A DNA stretch of 64,000 nt from Malacoraja senta (taxonomy: Eukaryota), in the NCBI GenBank assembly GCA_038087875.1, contig CM075992.1, positions 9,922,001 to 9,986,000 on the forward strand, in the 5' to 3' direction. Position 1 is the first letter of the stretch; the number at the start of each line of letters is the position of its first letter. Of the stretch, positions 35,826 through 48,454 are shown piece after piece. The notes beneath the pieces were generated by a model. The model was not told the DNA's origin, did no database searches, and worked only from the letters and a program-made list of their open reading frames with translations. A program made the position numbers and the translations under genes.

Positions 35826-38285
35826 CACGCTGGAACAGCACCACCAACCCAGACCTGGCCTTCGCAAAATGTTGCAACGACGAACCCCTCCCAGTAAGAC
35901 ACATCCTGGACAGGTTTCCCCGGTCACACCATCGACCATCGCTCATAACCATTCCATCTCTGGTCTATCCCGTGGAAGGGAAAGACGTCACGAGGTGGAA
36001 CTTCCGGAAAGCAAACTGGGTGGGCTTCACACCACAAGTGAATAAGGCAGCCGCTGGCCTCCCACACCCACGCCCCACCAACCTGAACAATGCCTACGAC
36101 TCATACTGCAAAATGCTGCTGGCCGCCGCCAAGAAGAACATCCCCCGCGGGGTACGTAAAGCCTATGTTCCCTGTTGGGATGACGAATATGAAGACCTAC
36201 TTCGCGCCCACACAGAATCACAAACCAGCGAGGGACAAAGCAGCGAACGACCTAATCTGCAGACTAAATGAGAAACGCAGGCAAAGATGGACGGAGACAG
36301 TGGAATCAATTGATTTCACACACTCCAGCCGTCAGGCGTGGCAGACCATGAATAAGCTGATGGGCAGGTCGACAACCCCAGCACAGTTTCCCATCACTGC
36401 AAATTCCATCGCGTCGCTACTGCTGAGCAATGGCCGCTTCCCCAACGCAGACAAGGATTTCACCAGAACAACATCGCCGAGAGTCCACGAGCTGCACAGG
36501 GCCCCGAGCTGCGACTCCAACCTATCCCACGATTTCACAACACAAGAAATCGAGTAAGCCATCCGACGGCTGAAAACCGGCAAGGCACCAGGCACCAGGC
36601 ACCGACAGCTTCCACCCGGAATACATAAAACACCAAGGCAAGAAGGCAACTGACTGGCTGTGCTCCTTCCTCACCACGTGTTTCCGCTGCCTGAAGCAGC
36701 CAAAGATCTGGCGCCGTGCCAAGGTGATCGCTCTGCCGAAGCCAAACAAGCCTAGCGGTGGCCCCAAGGGATACCGACCCATCTCACTGCTGTGTGTTCC
36801 ATACAAGCTCCTGGAACATCTCCTCCACACACGTCTCAATCCAGTGATCGACCCCCAGCTGCCTAAAGAACAGGCTGGCTTCCGCAGCGGTAGGTCAACG
36901 GCGGACCAGGTGACCCTCCTGTGCCAAGCCATAGAGGACAGCTTCCAGGCATGGGAGAAGGCTGGCGCTGTCTTCTTGGACCTCACAGCTGCATATGATA
37001 CTGTCTGGCTGTGTGGACTACACATGAAGCTTCTGGAAACCATCCCAGACAAGCACATGGTGAGCTTCATCATGGAGATGTTGAGCAACGGGCAATGCAG
37101 CAGGGTGAGGAAACTTAAGAACGGCGTCCCACAGGGCTCAGTGCTGGCACTAATGCTGTTCAACATCTACATCCATGACCTGCCTGCAACCCAGTCAAAG
37201 AAGTATGGCTATGCTGATGACCTGGCCATCCTACTCAGTAAGCCATCCTGGGAAGCAGCAGAAGAGGGCCTCTCTGAAAACATGAACATCCTGTCTTCAT
37301 ACCTGAGGAACTGGCGCCTTAAGTTCAGCATGTGTTAGACAACATCTTCAATGTTCCACCTCAACAACAGGGAAGCGACCCGCGAGATGAACGTCATGGT
37401 GGATAACGCCCGGTTACGGTCCCAGCCTGTCCCCACGTACTTCGGTGTGAAGCTCGACAGAACGTTGTCATTCAAACAACACCTGGAAGGTGCCAAGGCA
37501 AAGACAAGCGCCCGTGCCGCACTGATACGCCGCCTAGCCGGCACAACATGGGGAGCCACGACGAAGACACTGCGCATGTCCACAGTGGCCCTGGTGTTCT
37601 CAGCCGCCGAGAACTGCGCCCTGGTCTGGTGCCTTAGCCCTCACGCCAAGAAGCTGGATGCTGCCCTCAACAGCGCCCTGCGGACTGTCTCCGGATGCCT
37701 ACGAGCCACCACAGTAAACCAACTGCCCGTCCTCGCTGGCACCGCCCCAGCCAACATCAGACGAGAAGCAGCCACGCTGGCCCTCTCTCGAAAGGCACAG
37801 ACCAGTGAATCCCACCTCCTCCATCAGATCATCAGAGACACCATGACGAGTGCGCCTCAAGTCACGGCACCCCTTTGCCACGCAAGCCCAAGAGCTGCTC
37901 TGCACAACACCGGCTGACACTTCTAAGGCCAGCTGGGTCAAGACGAGATGGAGAGACCAGTGGAATTCAGCGGAACCATCTAGGCTACACCAGTACATCA
38001 ATGACCCCATGGACGTCCCTGGCCAGGACCTGCCCCGAAAGCAGTGGACAACCCTCAACCGCTTGAGGACAGGCATCGGACGCTATGGAGTAGCGATGAA
38101 GAGGGGGGGCCTCGTGGACAGCGCCTCCTGCGACCCAACACAGACAGTGGAGCACATAGTCACCAGTTGCCCCAAACACCAGCCACTGAATGGTGAACGA
38201 GGTCTGATTGACCTGGACGATGACACGTTGGCCTGGCTCGCCTCAACGGAGCTGCAGGTCTAAAAGACATACTACAGAAGTAGAA
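35826..38285 (+). mobile_element. Vingi/Ingi-like non-LTR retrotransposon, 5'-truncated, disrupted ORF (APE end - RT - C-terminal Cys/His motif)
   Basis: Motifs ARWNSTTNPDLAF, SHHRP, WNFRKANW, YRPISLL, EQAGFR, FLDLTAAYDTVW, GVPQGSVLA, YADDLA, GTTWGA, LNRLRTG, C..QTVEHIVTSCP; GAAG-rich 3' end; TSD GCCTGTTCCTG at 35815-35825 and 38286-38296. Clade assignment is from recalled motifs. Confidence 0.8.
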
Positions 38286-38724
38286 GCCTGTTCCTGTACT
38301 GTACTGTTCTAAGTACAAAGATGATACTCAACATCCATTCCAATTGGAATGATAGACCCAGAAAGATAAAAAATAGTGGGATAAATAACATTGATTGCAA
38401 CACTCTTATCTCCTCCCATATGTTCAATTATTTTCTATTCAAGGTAATACATATAATGAGTATTTGTTATAACAAAATAAGGCCATAGAGTAAATAAGAT
38501 GAGTGGGGAAGTGAAATCATTTTGACAAAACATTGGAATTGTCGGACAGGCAAGACACAGATTGAGTTTGGAACATGGACCTTAAATTCAAGTCATTACT
38601 ACTTGTTGGTATGTATATATTTTGCCATTCACAGCCATTACACCATATAATGAGGTAAACTTCTTTGGACAATGAAACAGTCTATGCCATCCTTGCCTGG
38701 AACTGGACCAAGTTTATTTTGATT

Positions 38725-39020
38725 GATTTTAAGATACAGGATTGAAAAAGGTACTTCAGCCCACTGAGTATACGCCAATCATCAATCTCCTGTTCGCAAA
38801 CTAGTTCCTTGTTATCCCACTGTTACATCCACACATCAGGGCCAATCAATACACAAACTCGCACCTCTTTGAGATGGTGGAGGACACTGGAGTATCCGGC
38901 GCAAACCCACATGGTCATACGGAGGACGTGCAAACCCGGTATATATAGCACCCGAGGACAGGATCGAACCCGGGTCTCTGGTGCTGTGAGGTAGCGGCTC
39001 TACCAGCTGCATGACTGTGC
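38725..39020 (-). mobile_element. Degenerate HE1-like SINE
   Basis: CAGGATCGAACCCGGGTCTCTGGTGCTGTGAGG head motif. Confidence 0.7.
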
Positions 39021-39337
39021 ATCTTCAGCTTTTTTTGAGAGAATATAAAAGCAGATTTTACAGATTTCCATTCCATGATAGGATCTGAATCCCCCAGCAC
39101 AATGAATTGATACATTTGCGCAAGTCTTCAGGATTGCATGCAATAGGCATGCGAGTTTTAAATAAACTCTGTTTCAGACCATGTTGACATTGTTTGTACC
39201 ACAATGGGCTGTTGTGCCATGTGCTCAGATCAATCTTTCCTCAATGACATACAGTGTTGATAATGAATAACATTTAACAATGTGGGTTATTTAGCCTCAG
39301 ACCTCCATGCCTGTGTAAATGTTACAAATAAGACTTG

Positions 39338-39920
39338 GAGTCATAAAGTGATACAGCGTGGAAAATGGCCCTTCGGCCCAACTTGACCACATCGGCCAAC
39401 ATTTCCCAGCTACACCAGTCCCACCTGCCCAGGTTTGGCCCATATCACTCCAAACCTGTCCTATCCGTGTACCTGTCTGTTTCCTAAATGTTGGGATAGT
39501 CCCTGCCTCAACTACCTCCTCTGGCAGCTTGTTCCATACACTCGCCACCTGTTGTGCGAAAAAGTTGCCCCTCAGATCCTATAAAGTCTTCTCCCCTTCA
39601 CCTTTAACCAAGGATTCCCAGGGGAATTTTGCCTACCCAGGAGGTAATTTGTTGATTCTGGATTTGTACATATTTTTTCACATAGACTTTGTTGGTTCTG
39701 ATATCTGTTCATCTTTAGTTGTTCAAACATAAGTGAAATAACATTATTATGTGCTATAAAGTTCCCAGGGGGAAATGGGACGAAAAAGGTTGGCAACCCT
39801 TGCCGTAAACCTATGTCCTCTGGTCCTCGATTCACTTACTCTGGGCAAGAGACGCTGTACATCTACCCAATCTGTTCCTCTCATGATCTTGCATGCCTCT
39901 ATAAGATCACCCCTCATCAG
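39338..39920 (-). mobile_element. CR1 3' fragment interrupted by a MITE
   Basis: MRGDLIEACKIMRG..RVSESRTRGH and VWNKLPEEVVEAG on either side of the insertion. Confidence 0.85.
39609..39802. mobile_element. hAT-like MITE (194 bp)
   Basis: Imperfect TIR CAAGGATTCCCA / TGGCAACCCTTG; imperfect 8-bp TSD CCTTTAAC (39601-39608) / CCGTAAAC (39803-39810) derived from the CR1 site CCTTAAAC. Confidence 0.7.
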
Positions 39921-40214
39921 TGCTTCCACACCTCAATTTCCTATATAGAATCCCAAATTACCTGGAATGAATTTGATGGTATTTCCTGAAATTTTCAAAA
40001 ATGCTTCCTGCATGCTATTTGTTGATTTTTTTTTTGCGGGCACACGTTAACAACACAAAGAAGAACAAGGCAAAACAGATCTATGTAACTACACTGTATC
40101 TGCCTGCGTCTGTTACTCACTCGTACAGTGTTATGCAAGGCAGCTTTCATTGCCTCCAACAGTTTTCGTTGTCTTCATTTTTTCAACCTGCTCTCATGCG
40201 TCTCAGTCTCTGCT

Positions 40215-40425
40215 CTTTCTCCCTCCCCCCCTCCCCTTTCCCTCCCTCCATCTCTCCCTCCCTCCCTCCCCCTTTCCCTCCCTCTCTTTGTCCCTCCCTC
40301 CCTCCCTCCCTCTCCCTCCCTCCCTCTCTCTCCGTCCCTCTCTCCTTCCCTCTCTCCTTCCCTCTCTCCCTCCCTCCTCCCTCCCTCCCTCCCTCCCCCT
40401 CTCCCTCTCTCTCCTCCCCTCTCCA
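40215..40425. repeat. Polypyrimidine (CCCT/CT)n low-complexity tract
   Basis: ~210 bp almost purely C/T; accounts for the Pro/Ser/Leu and Gly/Glu/Arg ORFs. Confidence 0.95.
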
Positions 40426-40777
40426 GAATGCTACCACTGCCTGAAAAATAATCAAAGGCTCAACTTCCACTGAGAACGGGAATTCCAAAGACTCATTGTT
40501 ATATGAGAATTTTCCCAAACAGTCTGCGACCCATAGCGCTATGGTTAAAGCCCATAGCGCTGCAGCCAGTAGCTCTTTGTTTAAATTCCCATGTGTTAAA
40601 ACTGACAGTGCTCTGTTTAAACCTTTGAGCGCCAAACTGGCAGTGCTGTGTGTATTACCTTTACACCCCTTCGGGGCCGGATGCGGAAATTTCCCGCAAT
40701 TACTCAATTTCCGTAAAATTATCCAAAGACAAGCAGAATTTCACGAATATCAGGTAATTTCCTTCAAAGTGGAAACA

Positions 40778-40945
40778 CTGCCCCTCATTCTTCTGCGTTC
40801 CAACCAGTATGAGTCCCAGCCTATTCAACCTGTCCCTATCGCTCAGACCCTCTAGTCCTGGCAACATCCTCGTAAATCTTCTCTGTGCCTTTTCCAGCTT
40901 GACAACAGCTTTCCTATAACATAGTGCCCAGAACTGAACACAACT
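40778..40945 (-). mobile_element. CR1 fragment
   Basis: CTGGGCACTATGTTATAGGAAAG..CTGGAAAAGGCACAGAGAAGATTTACGAGGATGTTGCCAGG in reverse complement. Confidence 0.75.
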
Positions 40946-41235
40946 TCAATCCACTTTTTCTCTCCAATGCCTGTCTACATTTTCTCTAAACATGAAGTGG
41001 TCGACTGTTACTCCGTTGGTTGCATCTGGATGTGAAAGCTACAAAGACATCCTGTAGAGACCTGAGTACAAATGTAAGAGAGTAATAAAGTCTTTAAGCA
41101 TGGAAGACTGTCTTTGGTTCATCGGCCACCCAGTTACATTAATCCCACTCTAATCTCACTTTATTCTCCCCACATTGCCATCAACCACTCTCCCCCAGAT
41201 TCTTCCACTATCCTACATACTGGGAGCAATTTACA

Positions 41236-41515
41236 GCAGCACAGTGGTGCAGCGGCAGAGTTGCTGCCTTACATCGTCAGAGATTCTACTCCTATCCCTT
41301 ATGACTACAGGAGCTGTCTGTACAGAGTTTGTACAATCTCTCCGTGACCACGTGGGTTTTCTCTGGGTGCTCAGGTTTGTCTTCGATAAAAATTGGCTTT
41401 GATAAAAATTGTAAATTGATGCTAGTGTGTAGGATAGTGCTCGTGTACGGGGATCGCTGGTCGGCGCGGACTTGGTGGGCTGAAGGGCCTGTTTCCGTGC
41501 TGTATCTCTAATCTA
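41236..41515 (+). mobile_element. HE1-like SINE
   Basis: Consensus head and tail. Confidence 0.85.
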
Positions 41516-42039
41516 AGCCAAACAAAAAAATTAACCTACCAACACACCCATGGGAAGCCCACATAGTCACAGAGAGAATGTGCAAACTCCCCACAGAGCA
41601 GTGGGAAGTCCTTGGACAGCTGACCTTGGAGCCCACCTGTGGGCCTGAGGCCACCCCACTGGGAGGCAGTGGTGAGGTGGGACGGGTTGTGTTTCAGCTT
41701 CAGATGCATGCAATTACTGGTGGAAAGTAGCACTGCAAATGTACTGAGATGGATCAATTGATATTTTTAAGGCAGAGCTAGATAGATTCTTGATTAGTAC
41801 AGGTGTCATGGGGAGAAGGCAGGAAAATGGGGTTAGGAGGGAGAGAGATCAGCTATGATTGAACGGCAGACTTGATGGGCTGAAAGGCCTAATTCTGCTC
41901 CTATCCCTTATGAACTCATGGTGGTGAAGTACCAGAACTATGACATTCATGTGGGGGTGGCTAATAATATTGGGTATAGTTAGAATAAAGTGTGTTTCTC
42001 ATGAGTAACTTGGAAGTGGTTTGTATGGTAAATTTCGAG

Positions 42040-43240
42040 AGTCAGGCGTGTTGAATTGTCATATGTACGAGCAACGGAACAATACAATTCTTACTTGCTG
42101 CATCTTAACGGGCCTTTAACGCAATAATGCACAGATATAATAATCAATAAATACAATGAATTAATAACTACATTACAAGGTAATCAGAATAGTGCAAATC
42201 TGTAGCAATCGAAGACAGAGTCCATAGAACATTATAGCTGCTGAGTTCAGTGTTGTGCAGTGTTAAAGAGCTTCACGGTTGCTGGGAAGAAGCTGTTCTT
42301 GAACCTGGAGGTCACTGTTTACAGGCTCCTGTAACATCTTCCCAATGGCCTTAGTGAAGTTAGAGTGTAGCCAGGATTGTGTGGGTCTTTGATGATATTG
42401 ATGATCTTTAATCTCTCCATACTTCGTTCTGAAGTGCCCATCTGCTTCAAGATGTCTACTGTCATCCCACTGCCAAAGACAAGCAAAACCTCATGCCTTA
42501 ATGACTACCGGGAGGCACTGATTATGGCACACATTAACTCCAGTCTACCAAGCAGCCTTGACCCACTGCAGTTCGCCTACCACCACAACAGGTTAATGCC
42601 ATCTCCCTGGCCTTACTCTCATCCCTGGAACACCTGGATAAGAAGGACGCCTACGTCAAACTCTTGTTCATAAACTAAATAACATATAAAATGATAAAAG
42701 TACTGGACAAGCTAGATGCAGGAAAAATGTTCCCAATGTTAGGCGTGTCCAGAACCAGGGGGCACAGTCTTAGAATAAAGGGAGGCCATTTAAGACTGAG
42801 GTGAGAAAAAACTTTTTCAGCCAGAGAGTTGTGAATTTGTGGAATTCCCTGCCACAGAGGGCAGTGGAGGCCAAATCACTGGATGGATTTACGAGAGAGT
42901 TAGATAGAGCTCTAGGGGCTAGTGGAATCGAGGGATATGGGGAGAAGGTAGGCACAGGTTATTGATTAGGGACGACCAGCCATGATCGCAACGAATGGCG
43001 GTGGTGGTTCGAAGGGCCGAATGGCCTCCTCCTGCACCTATTTTCTATGTTTCTACAGCTCTACTGTCAACACGAATATGCCATCCAAGCTCATCTCCAA
43101 ACCCGTGGAACATGGAGTCAGCACTCATCTCTGCAACTGGATCTTCGGTTTCCTGACCAACAGAGTGCAATCAGTGAGGATAGGAGACAAATTATCCTCT
43201 ACGATAATTCTCAACCCTGGTGTTCCGCATGAATATGTTA
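42040..43240. mobile_element. Rex1/Babar LINE remnant: minus-strand 3' end (42040-42400) joined to plus-strand RT segment (42400-43240), interrupted by CR1
   Basis: IFNLSILRSEVPICFK..VIPLPK..CLNDYR..SLDPLQFAY and LCNWIFGFLTNRVQSVRIG..GVP on +; Rex tail on -. Confidence 0.75.
42680..43055 (+). mobile_element. CR1 3' fragment nested in Rex1
   Basis: ACATATAAAATGATAAAAG..GTGGAATTCCCTGCCACAGAGG..tail CCTATTTTCTATGTTTCTA. Confidence 0.9.
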
Positions 43241-43257
43241 TCAGCCACTTTATTTTA

Positions 43258-43556
43258 GGGCGACATGGTGTCACAGCGGCAGAGTTGCTGCCTTCAGCCT
43301 TACAGCGCCTGAGACCCGGGTTCGATCCTGACCACTGGTGCTGTCTGAATAGAGTTTGTACGTTCTCCCAGTGGCTGAGTGTTCCGATTTCATCCCACAT
43401 TCCAAAGACGTACAGGTTCGTAGGTTACTGGGCTTGAATTAAAACATTTAAATTGTCCCTAGTGAGTAGGATAGTGCTAGTGTATGGGGATCGCTGGCCG
43501 GTGCAGACTCGGTGGGCCGAAGGATCTGTTTCTGCGCTGTATCTCTAAATTAAACA
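43258..43556 (+). mobile_element. HE1-like SINE
   Basis: Full consensus. Confidence 0.9.
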
Positions 43557-43599
43557 AAAAAAAGAAACTATGCTTCTGAAATATTCCCCACTATTCTCT

Positions 43600-44670
43600 G
43601 CCTCGCACATCACCTTTAAACTTTCACCCTCTCACCTTAGATCTATGCACCCTAATGTTGGATATTTCCACCCTCGGAAAATGGTTCTGATTGTCTACAC
43701 TATCTATGCCTCTCATAATTTTATGTACTTCCATCAAGTCTCCCCTCAACCTCCGATGTTTCAGAGAAAACAATCAAGTCTATCCAAACTTTCCCATAGC
43801 TGAAACCTTCTGATCCAGGCTGCATTCTGGTAAACCCCCTCTGCACCCTCTCCAAAGTCCCCACATCCTTCCTGTAACAATACTCAAAATGTGTCCTGAC
43901 CAAAGTCCTATAGAGCTGCATCATGACTTCCTGACTCTTATATTCAATGCCCCTAGCAATGAAGGCAAGCATAACATTTGCCTTCTTACTATTTATTATC
44001 CTATCTACTTGTGCTGCCACCGTTAGTGAGCTATGAACATGGACTCCAAGATCCCTCTGCTCACCAATGCTGTTAAGGGTCTTGACATTAACTGTATACT
44101 CTCACATTCAACCTCCCAAAGTGCAACCCCTCACACTTGCCTGGGTTTAACTCCATCTGCCATTTCTCTGCCCATTTCTGCAGCCGATCTCAATCCCACT
44201 GTATGTTCTGATAACATTCCTCACTGTCAACAACTCTTTCAGTTTTGGTGTTGTCAGCAACCTTACACACCAACCCATCTACATTTACATCTAGGCCATT
44301 TATATATATCGGAAACAGCAGAGGTCCCAACACAGATCTCCGCAGAATCCCACTGGTCACAGACCTCCAGCCAGAATTTCTACCTTCCACCACTTCTGTG
44401 ATCTCCACCACTTCTTATCTTCTGTGAATAAGCCAGTTCTGTATGCATATGACCAAGTCATTGCGAAACCCGTACCTCTTAATTTTCTGGATAAGCATGA
44501 GGGACCTTTTCAAAAGCTTTACTAAAATCCATGCATATAATAACAACCACCACCCTACTTCCATCTATTTCCTTTGTTATCTCCTCAAAAAACGTTATCA
44601 TTGGTAAGACATAATCTGCTTTATGCAAAGCTGTGCTGGCTATCCCTATTTAGCACATTTTCTTCCAATA
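43600..44670 (-). mobile_element. Old CR1 RT fragment
   Basis: ORFs WRSVTSGILRRSVLGPLLFPIYIN..KVADNTK and MLAFIARGIEYKS..LYRTLVR. Confidence 0.85.
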
Positions 44671-45179
44671 TCTCAAAGATGCGCACGCTGTTTAATTAAT
44701 AGGCCACTGTAAACTGTCCTGAGTGTGTAGGTGGGTGATTGATGGATACTTTATTGTCACATGCATTTGTGACAGAGAAATTCTTCGTTTTGCATACATT
44801 ACACAAGTATGCTGAGTCGACACGAAGAGAGCGCCAACAAAGTGACAAAAAGTATTCACGATGGTTCAGACGGTCCCTCGTCCTTCTTGTCCCCCCTTCT
44901 GCTGAGCCCCTCTTTGTTCTCGGCGCCCCCCCTCCCCCCCCCGTGAAGCGAAGCCAATCAAGACCGTCCGAGTCCAGTCCTGGTCGGCTCTACGCCGGTT
45001 GCCGGGTCCACTGCAGCATGGTGGCGCAGCGCTCACCAGGAGCCCCCTTCTGCCTCAAACAATTCTCGATGAAGTAACTATTGGGCAAAGAAATCTGGGG
45101 AACATCAGATAGAGAACAAAAGTGGAGCCCTGACATGTTGGAAATGTTTCTCCTTCGTCCCAGAGGTTGCGGAAAGACA

Positions 45180-45515
45180 TGGATAGGATAGACAGTCAGA
45201 ACCTTCTTCCAAGGATGGAAATATAAAATTCCAGTGTGCATAGCTTTACAGTGAGAGGAGTAAAGTTTAAAAGAGATGTGTGGGCCAAGGTTTTTTACAA
45301 AAGGGTCGTAAATGCCTAGAATGTGCTGCCAGGGGAGGTGGTGGAGGCAGATATTATAGTAACATTGAAGAGACTTTTGGTTAAGCACATGGATATGCAG
45401 GGAATGGAAGGATATGGATTATGTGCAGGCAAATAATAGTTGGTCTTGGCATCATGTTCAGCACAGACATTGTGGGCCGAAGGGCCTGTTCCTGTGCTGT
45501 ACCGCTCTACATTCT
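45180..45515 (+). mobile_element. CR1 3' fragment
   Basis: Tail GGCATCATGTTCAGCACAGACATTGTGGGCCGAAGGGCCTGTTCCTG. Confidence 0.8.
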
Positions 45516-46382
45516 ATACAATGCCAGTCAAACCCCGTGTAAAAGACGACATCCAATTCATTTCACTGGAAGCTCAGCTGGAGAAAAGGAGACATCTATT
45601 TTTACTGGACATCACTATCTACAGTGAGCCCTGTACAACAAAAATTTCCAAGACTGCCATTATTGAGACCAGCATTATTTTTTCTTCCATTTGAAAACAA
45701 AATTAAAATTCCCCAGCTGCCAAGTAGGGACATCAGATTTCCAGGAGGCTGCGGCAGCAGATGCCTCCCAGGAGGCCGCGAAGAAGGGTCAATGGAGACC
45801 CATGGCAAGAGCCTGCGTCGATGGAGCCCATGAGGCTGGTGCCTGCTTTTGTGGAGTCGGCTTCGGTGGAGCCTGCTTCGGCGGAGCCCCACGGCAGGAG
45901 CCTGCTTCGGTGGAGCCCCCATGGTCGGACTCTGGGTCGGGTCCGTGGAGGTGTCAGGGGTGCCATCGGCAGGGTCATCGATCGACGAGGAGGTTGGTGC
46001 GGCGGTTGTTGAGGGCGCACGCGGTCGTGGACCGGCAACGTGGAAGCAGAAAAATAAAGGAGCTGACGTGGGATACTTTGTAACTATGTCAGCACTCTTT
46101 ACGTGCCGACTCTTTGCACACCTTGGGTGTACAAAACAAAGAATGTTACTGACTTGTCACATGTGACAATATCGTACCATTCATTCGGAATTAATGGACT
46201 AGCACTCTGGTGACCAGAGACAAAACCATGAGCATCCTCAACCAAACATTATTTTTCAAACTATTTCCATATTTTTCAAAATGAACATAACATTTGAGTA
46301 GTTATTAAATATCTCTGAGTACTGAATACATTTAAAATGGTGGCAGGATGCAATGTCCCCACTTCTCAAAGGCTGTCTTGGC

Positions 46383-46918
46383 ATCAGTTCTGGGCACCAT
46401 GTTAAAGGAAAGATGTTGTAAAGCTGGAAAGGGTACACAGAAGATTTTTGAGGTTGTGGCCAGCACTAGAAAGTCTGAGCTGTAGGTAGAGGTTGAGTAG
46501 GCTGGAATTCTATTCCTTGGAGCGCAGGAGGATGAGGGGAGATCTTATAGAGATATACAAAATCATGAGAGGAATAGATCGGGTAGATGCACAGAGTCTC
46601 TTGCCCAGAGTAGCTGAATTGAGGACCAGAGTACATAGGTCTAATGTGAAGGGGAAAAGATTTAATAGGAATCTGAAGGGTAACTTTTTCACACAAAGGG
46701 TGATGGGTGTATGGAACGAGCTGCCAGAGGAAGTAGTTGAGGAAGGGACTATCCCAACATTTAAGAAACAGTTAGACAGGTACATGGATAGAACAGGTTT
46801 AGAGGCATATGGGCCAAAAGCGGGCAGGTGGGACTCGTGTAGCTGGGACATGTTGGTTGGTGTGGGCAAGTTGGGCCAAAGGGCCTGTTTCTACACTGTA
46901 TCACTCTATGACTATGAC
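46383..46918 (+). mobile_element. CR1 3' fragment
   Basis: ORF 46493-46990: YSLERRRMRGDLIEIYKIMRG..FFTQRVMGVWNELP. Confidence 0.9.
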
Positions 46919-47195
46919 CACTGCTGGCAGCACATTCCAGGTACTCATTATCCTCTGTGTAAAATAACTTGCACTGCACATCTCCTTTAAACTTTGACAC
47001 CCTCATGTTAAAGGTATGCCCTCTAGTATTTGATTTTTCCATCCTGGGATAAAGATTCTTGTTGTCTACCCTATCTCTGGCTCTCATAATTTTATATAAT
47101 GCCATTAGGTCTCCTTGCCACCACCGACATTCCTAAACAATCCAAGTCTGTCCAACCTCTGCCTGTAATTAATAGCCTCTAATCCAGGCATCCTA
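46919..47195 (-). mobile_element. CR1 fragment, tail-to-tail with the preceding copy
   Basis: LYKIMRARDRVDNKNLYPRMEKSNTRGH. Confidence 0.8.
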
Positions 47196-48454
47196 CATTT
47201 TGTAGAGTCAGTGTTTGAACACCAAAAATTATGATGCCTTCTACATGAATTCATCAATGTGGCAGTAAAGGAGATAATTACTAAAGAGGTTTATTGCCTT
47301 GATATTAATACATTAATACACACAACTCTCTGGTTAGACGGAGCAACCAAACTTCTGTTTAAGATCAATGATAAGATTTCAATGCACCATTATATATAAT
47401 CTAATTCATAATTTATTGTATTAGGGTATGATTTATTGTAAGCAGTGATGTAACAACACCATCTATTGCCTCTGGTCTGAAATGTGACCCACTGAAGGTG
47501 ATCCATAAGTTCACCAATTCCTCTCATTATTAAGAATGGCCTAACTCATCGACGGGTGCAACTGCAATTTACAATGTAGCCGCCGCTATTCTGCCATTTT
47601 TGGGGGTTTCCATTTTGTGGAAACCTCCAACAAGAGGCTCTCACGATAGGCAAGGTACTCTATTTGAACAAATCATAGATGCTGCAATTTATACAACTCA
47701 GGTATAACACCGTTTTTGCAATATTATTATCTATTTATTTGTGGGAAGGAACTGCAGGTGCTGGTTTGCACCGAGAATAGACACAAAAAGCACGAGTAAC
47801 TTAGCGGGTCAGGAGTATCTCCGGAGAAAATGTTTCGGGTTGAGATCCTTCTTCAGACTCAATCAACGTGTTACATATTTAATTGCAATTATATAATATA
47901 TTATATATCTATATATATACACACACAGAACTTTTTTTTTGTTTATTATAGTGTTTAGAGTGTACTATATTCTGAAGAAGCCTTTCGACCCAAAACGTCG
48001 CCCATTCCTTATCCCCAGACAAGCTGCCTCACCCGCTGAGCTACTCCAGCATTTTGTGTCTACGTACTATGTTTACATATCTGATGTGCAGCTGCAAGTA
48101 AGAATTTCATGGTTCCGTTTCGGGGCCTATGACAATGAAACACTCTTGCCTTTTGACTCTTGAGCAGAACTTTCCGCTCTTTGGCTTTAGAGTACTTTGA
48201 CCTGAAGATAGACACAAAAAGCTGGAGTTACTGGTTTGTGTTCTCTTGCTAGTCTGGCAGCCTAACACAAATGCATTTTGTGTCTACCTTCGATTTAAAC
48301 TAGCATCTGCAGTCCTTTCTTCCACAAATGTGTTGAAGTTGGCCCATAATACTCCCTCAGCCACCGATCTTGTGGGTGGTGCAGTATTTTATTTAGCAAA
48401 GTCAGTTGTCATTTACCTGGGGTCGACAACACAACCTAGTACATGGGCTGTGCT

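Noticed and set aside
40001..40707. Pro/Ser/Leu-rich and Gly/Glu/Arg-rich ORFs
   Set aside because: Translation of the CT-rich low-complexity tract.
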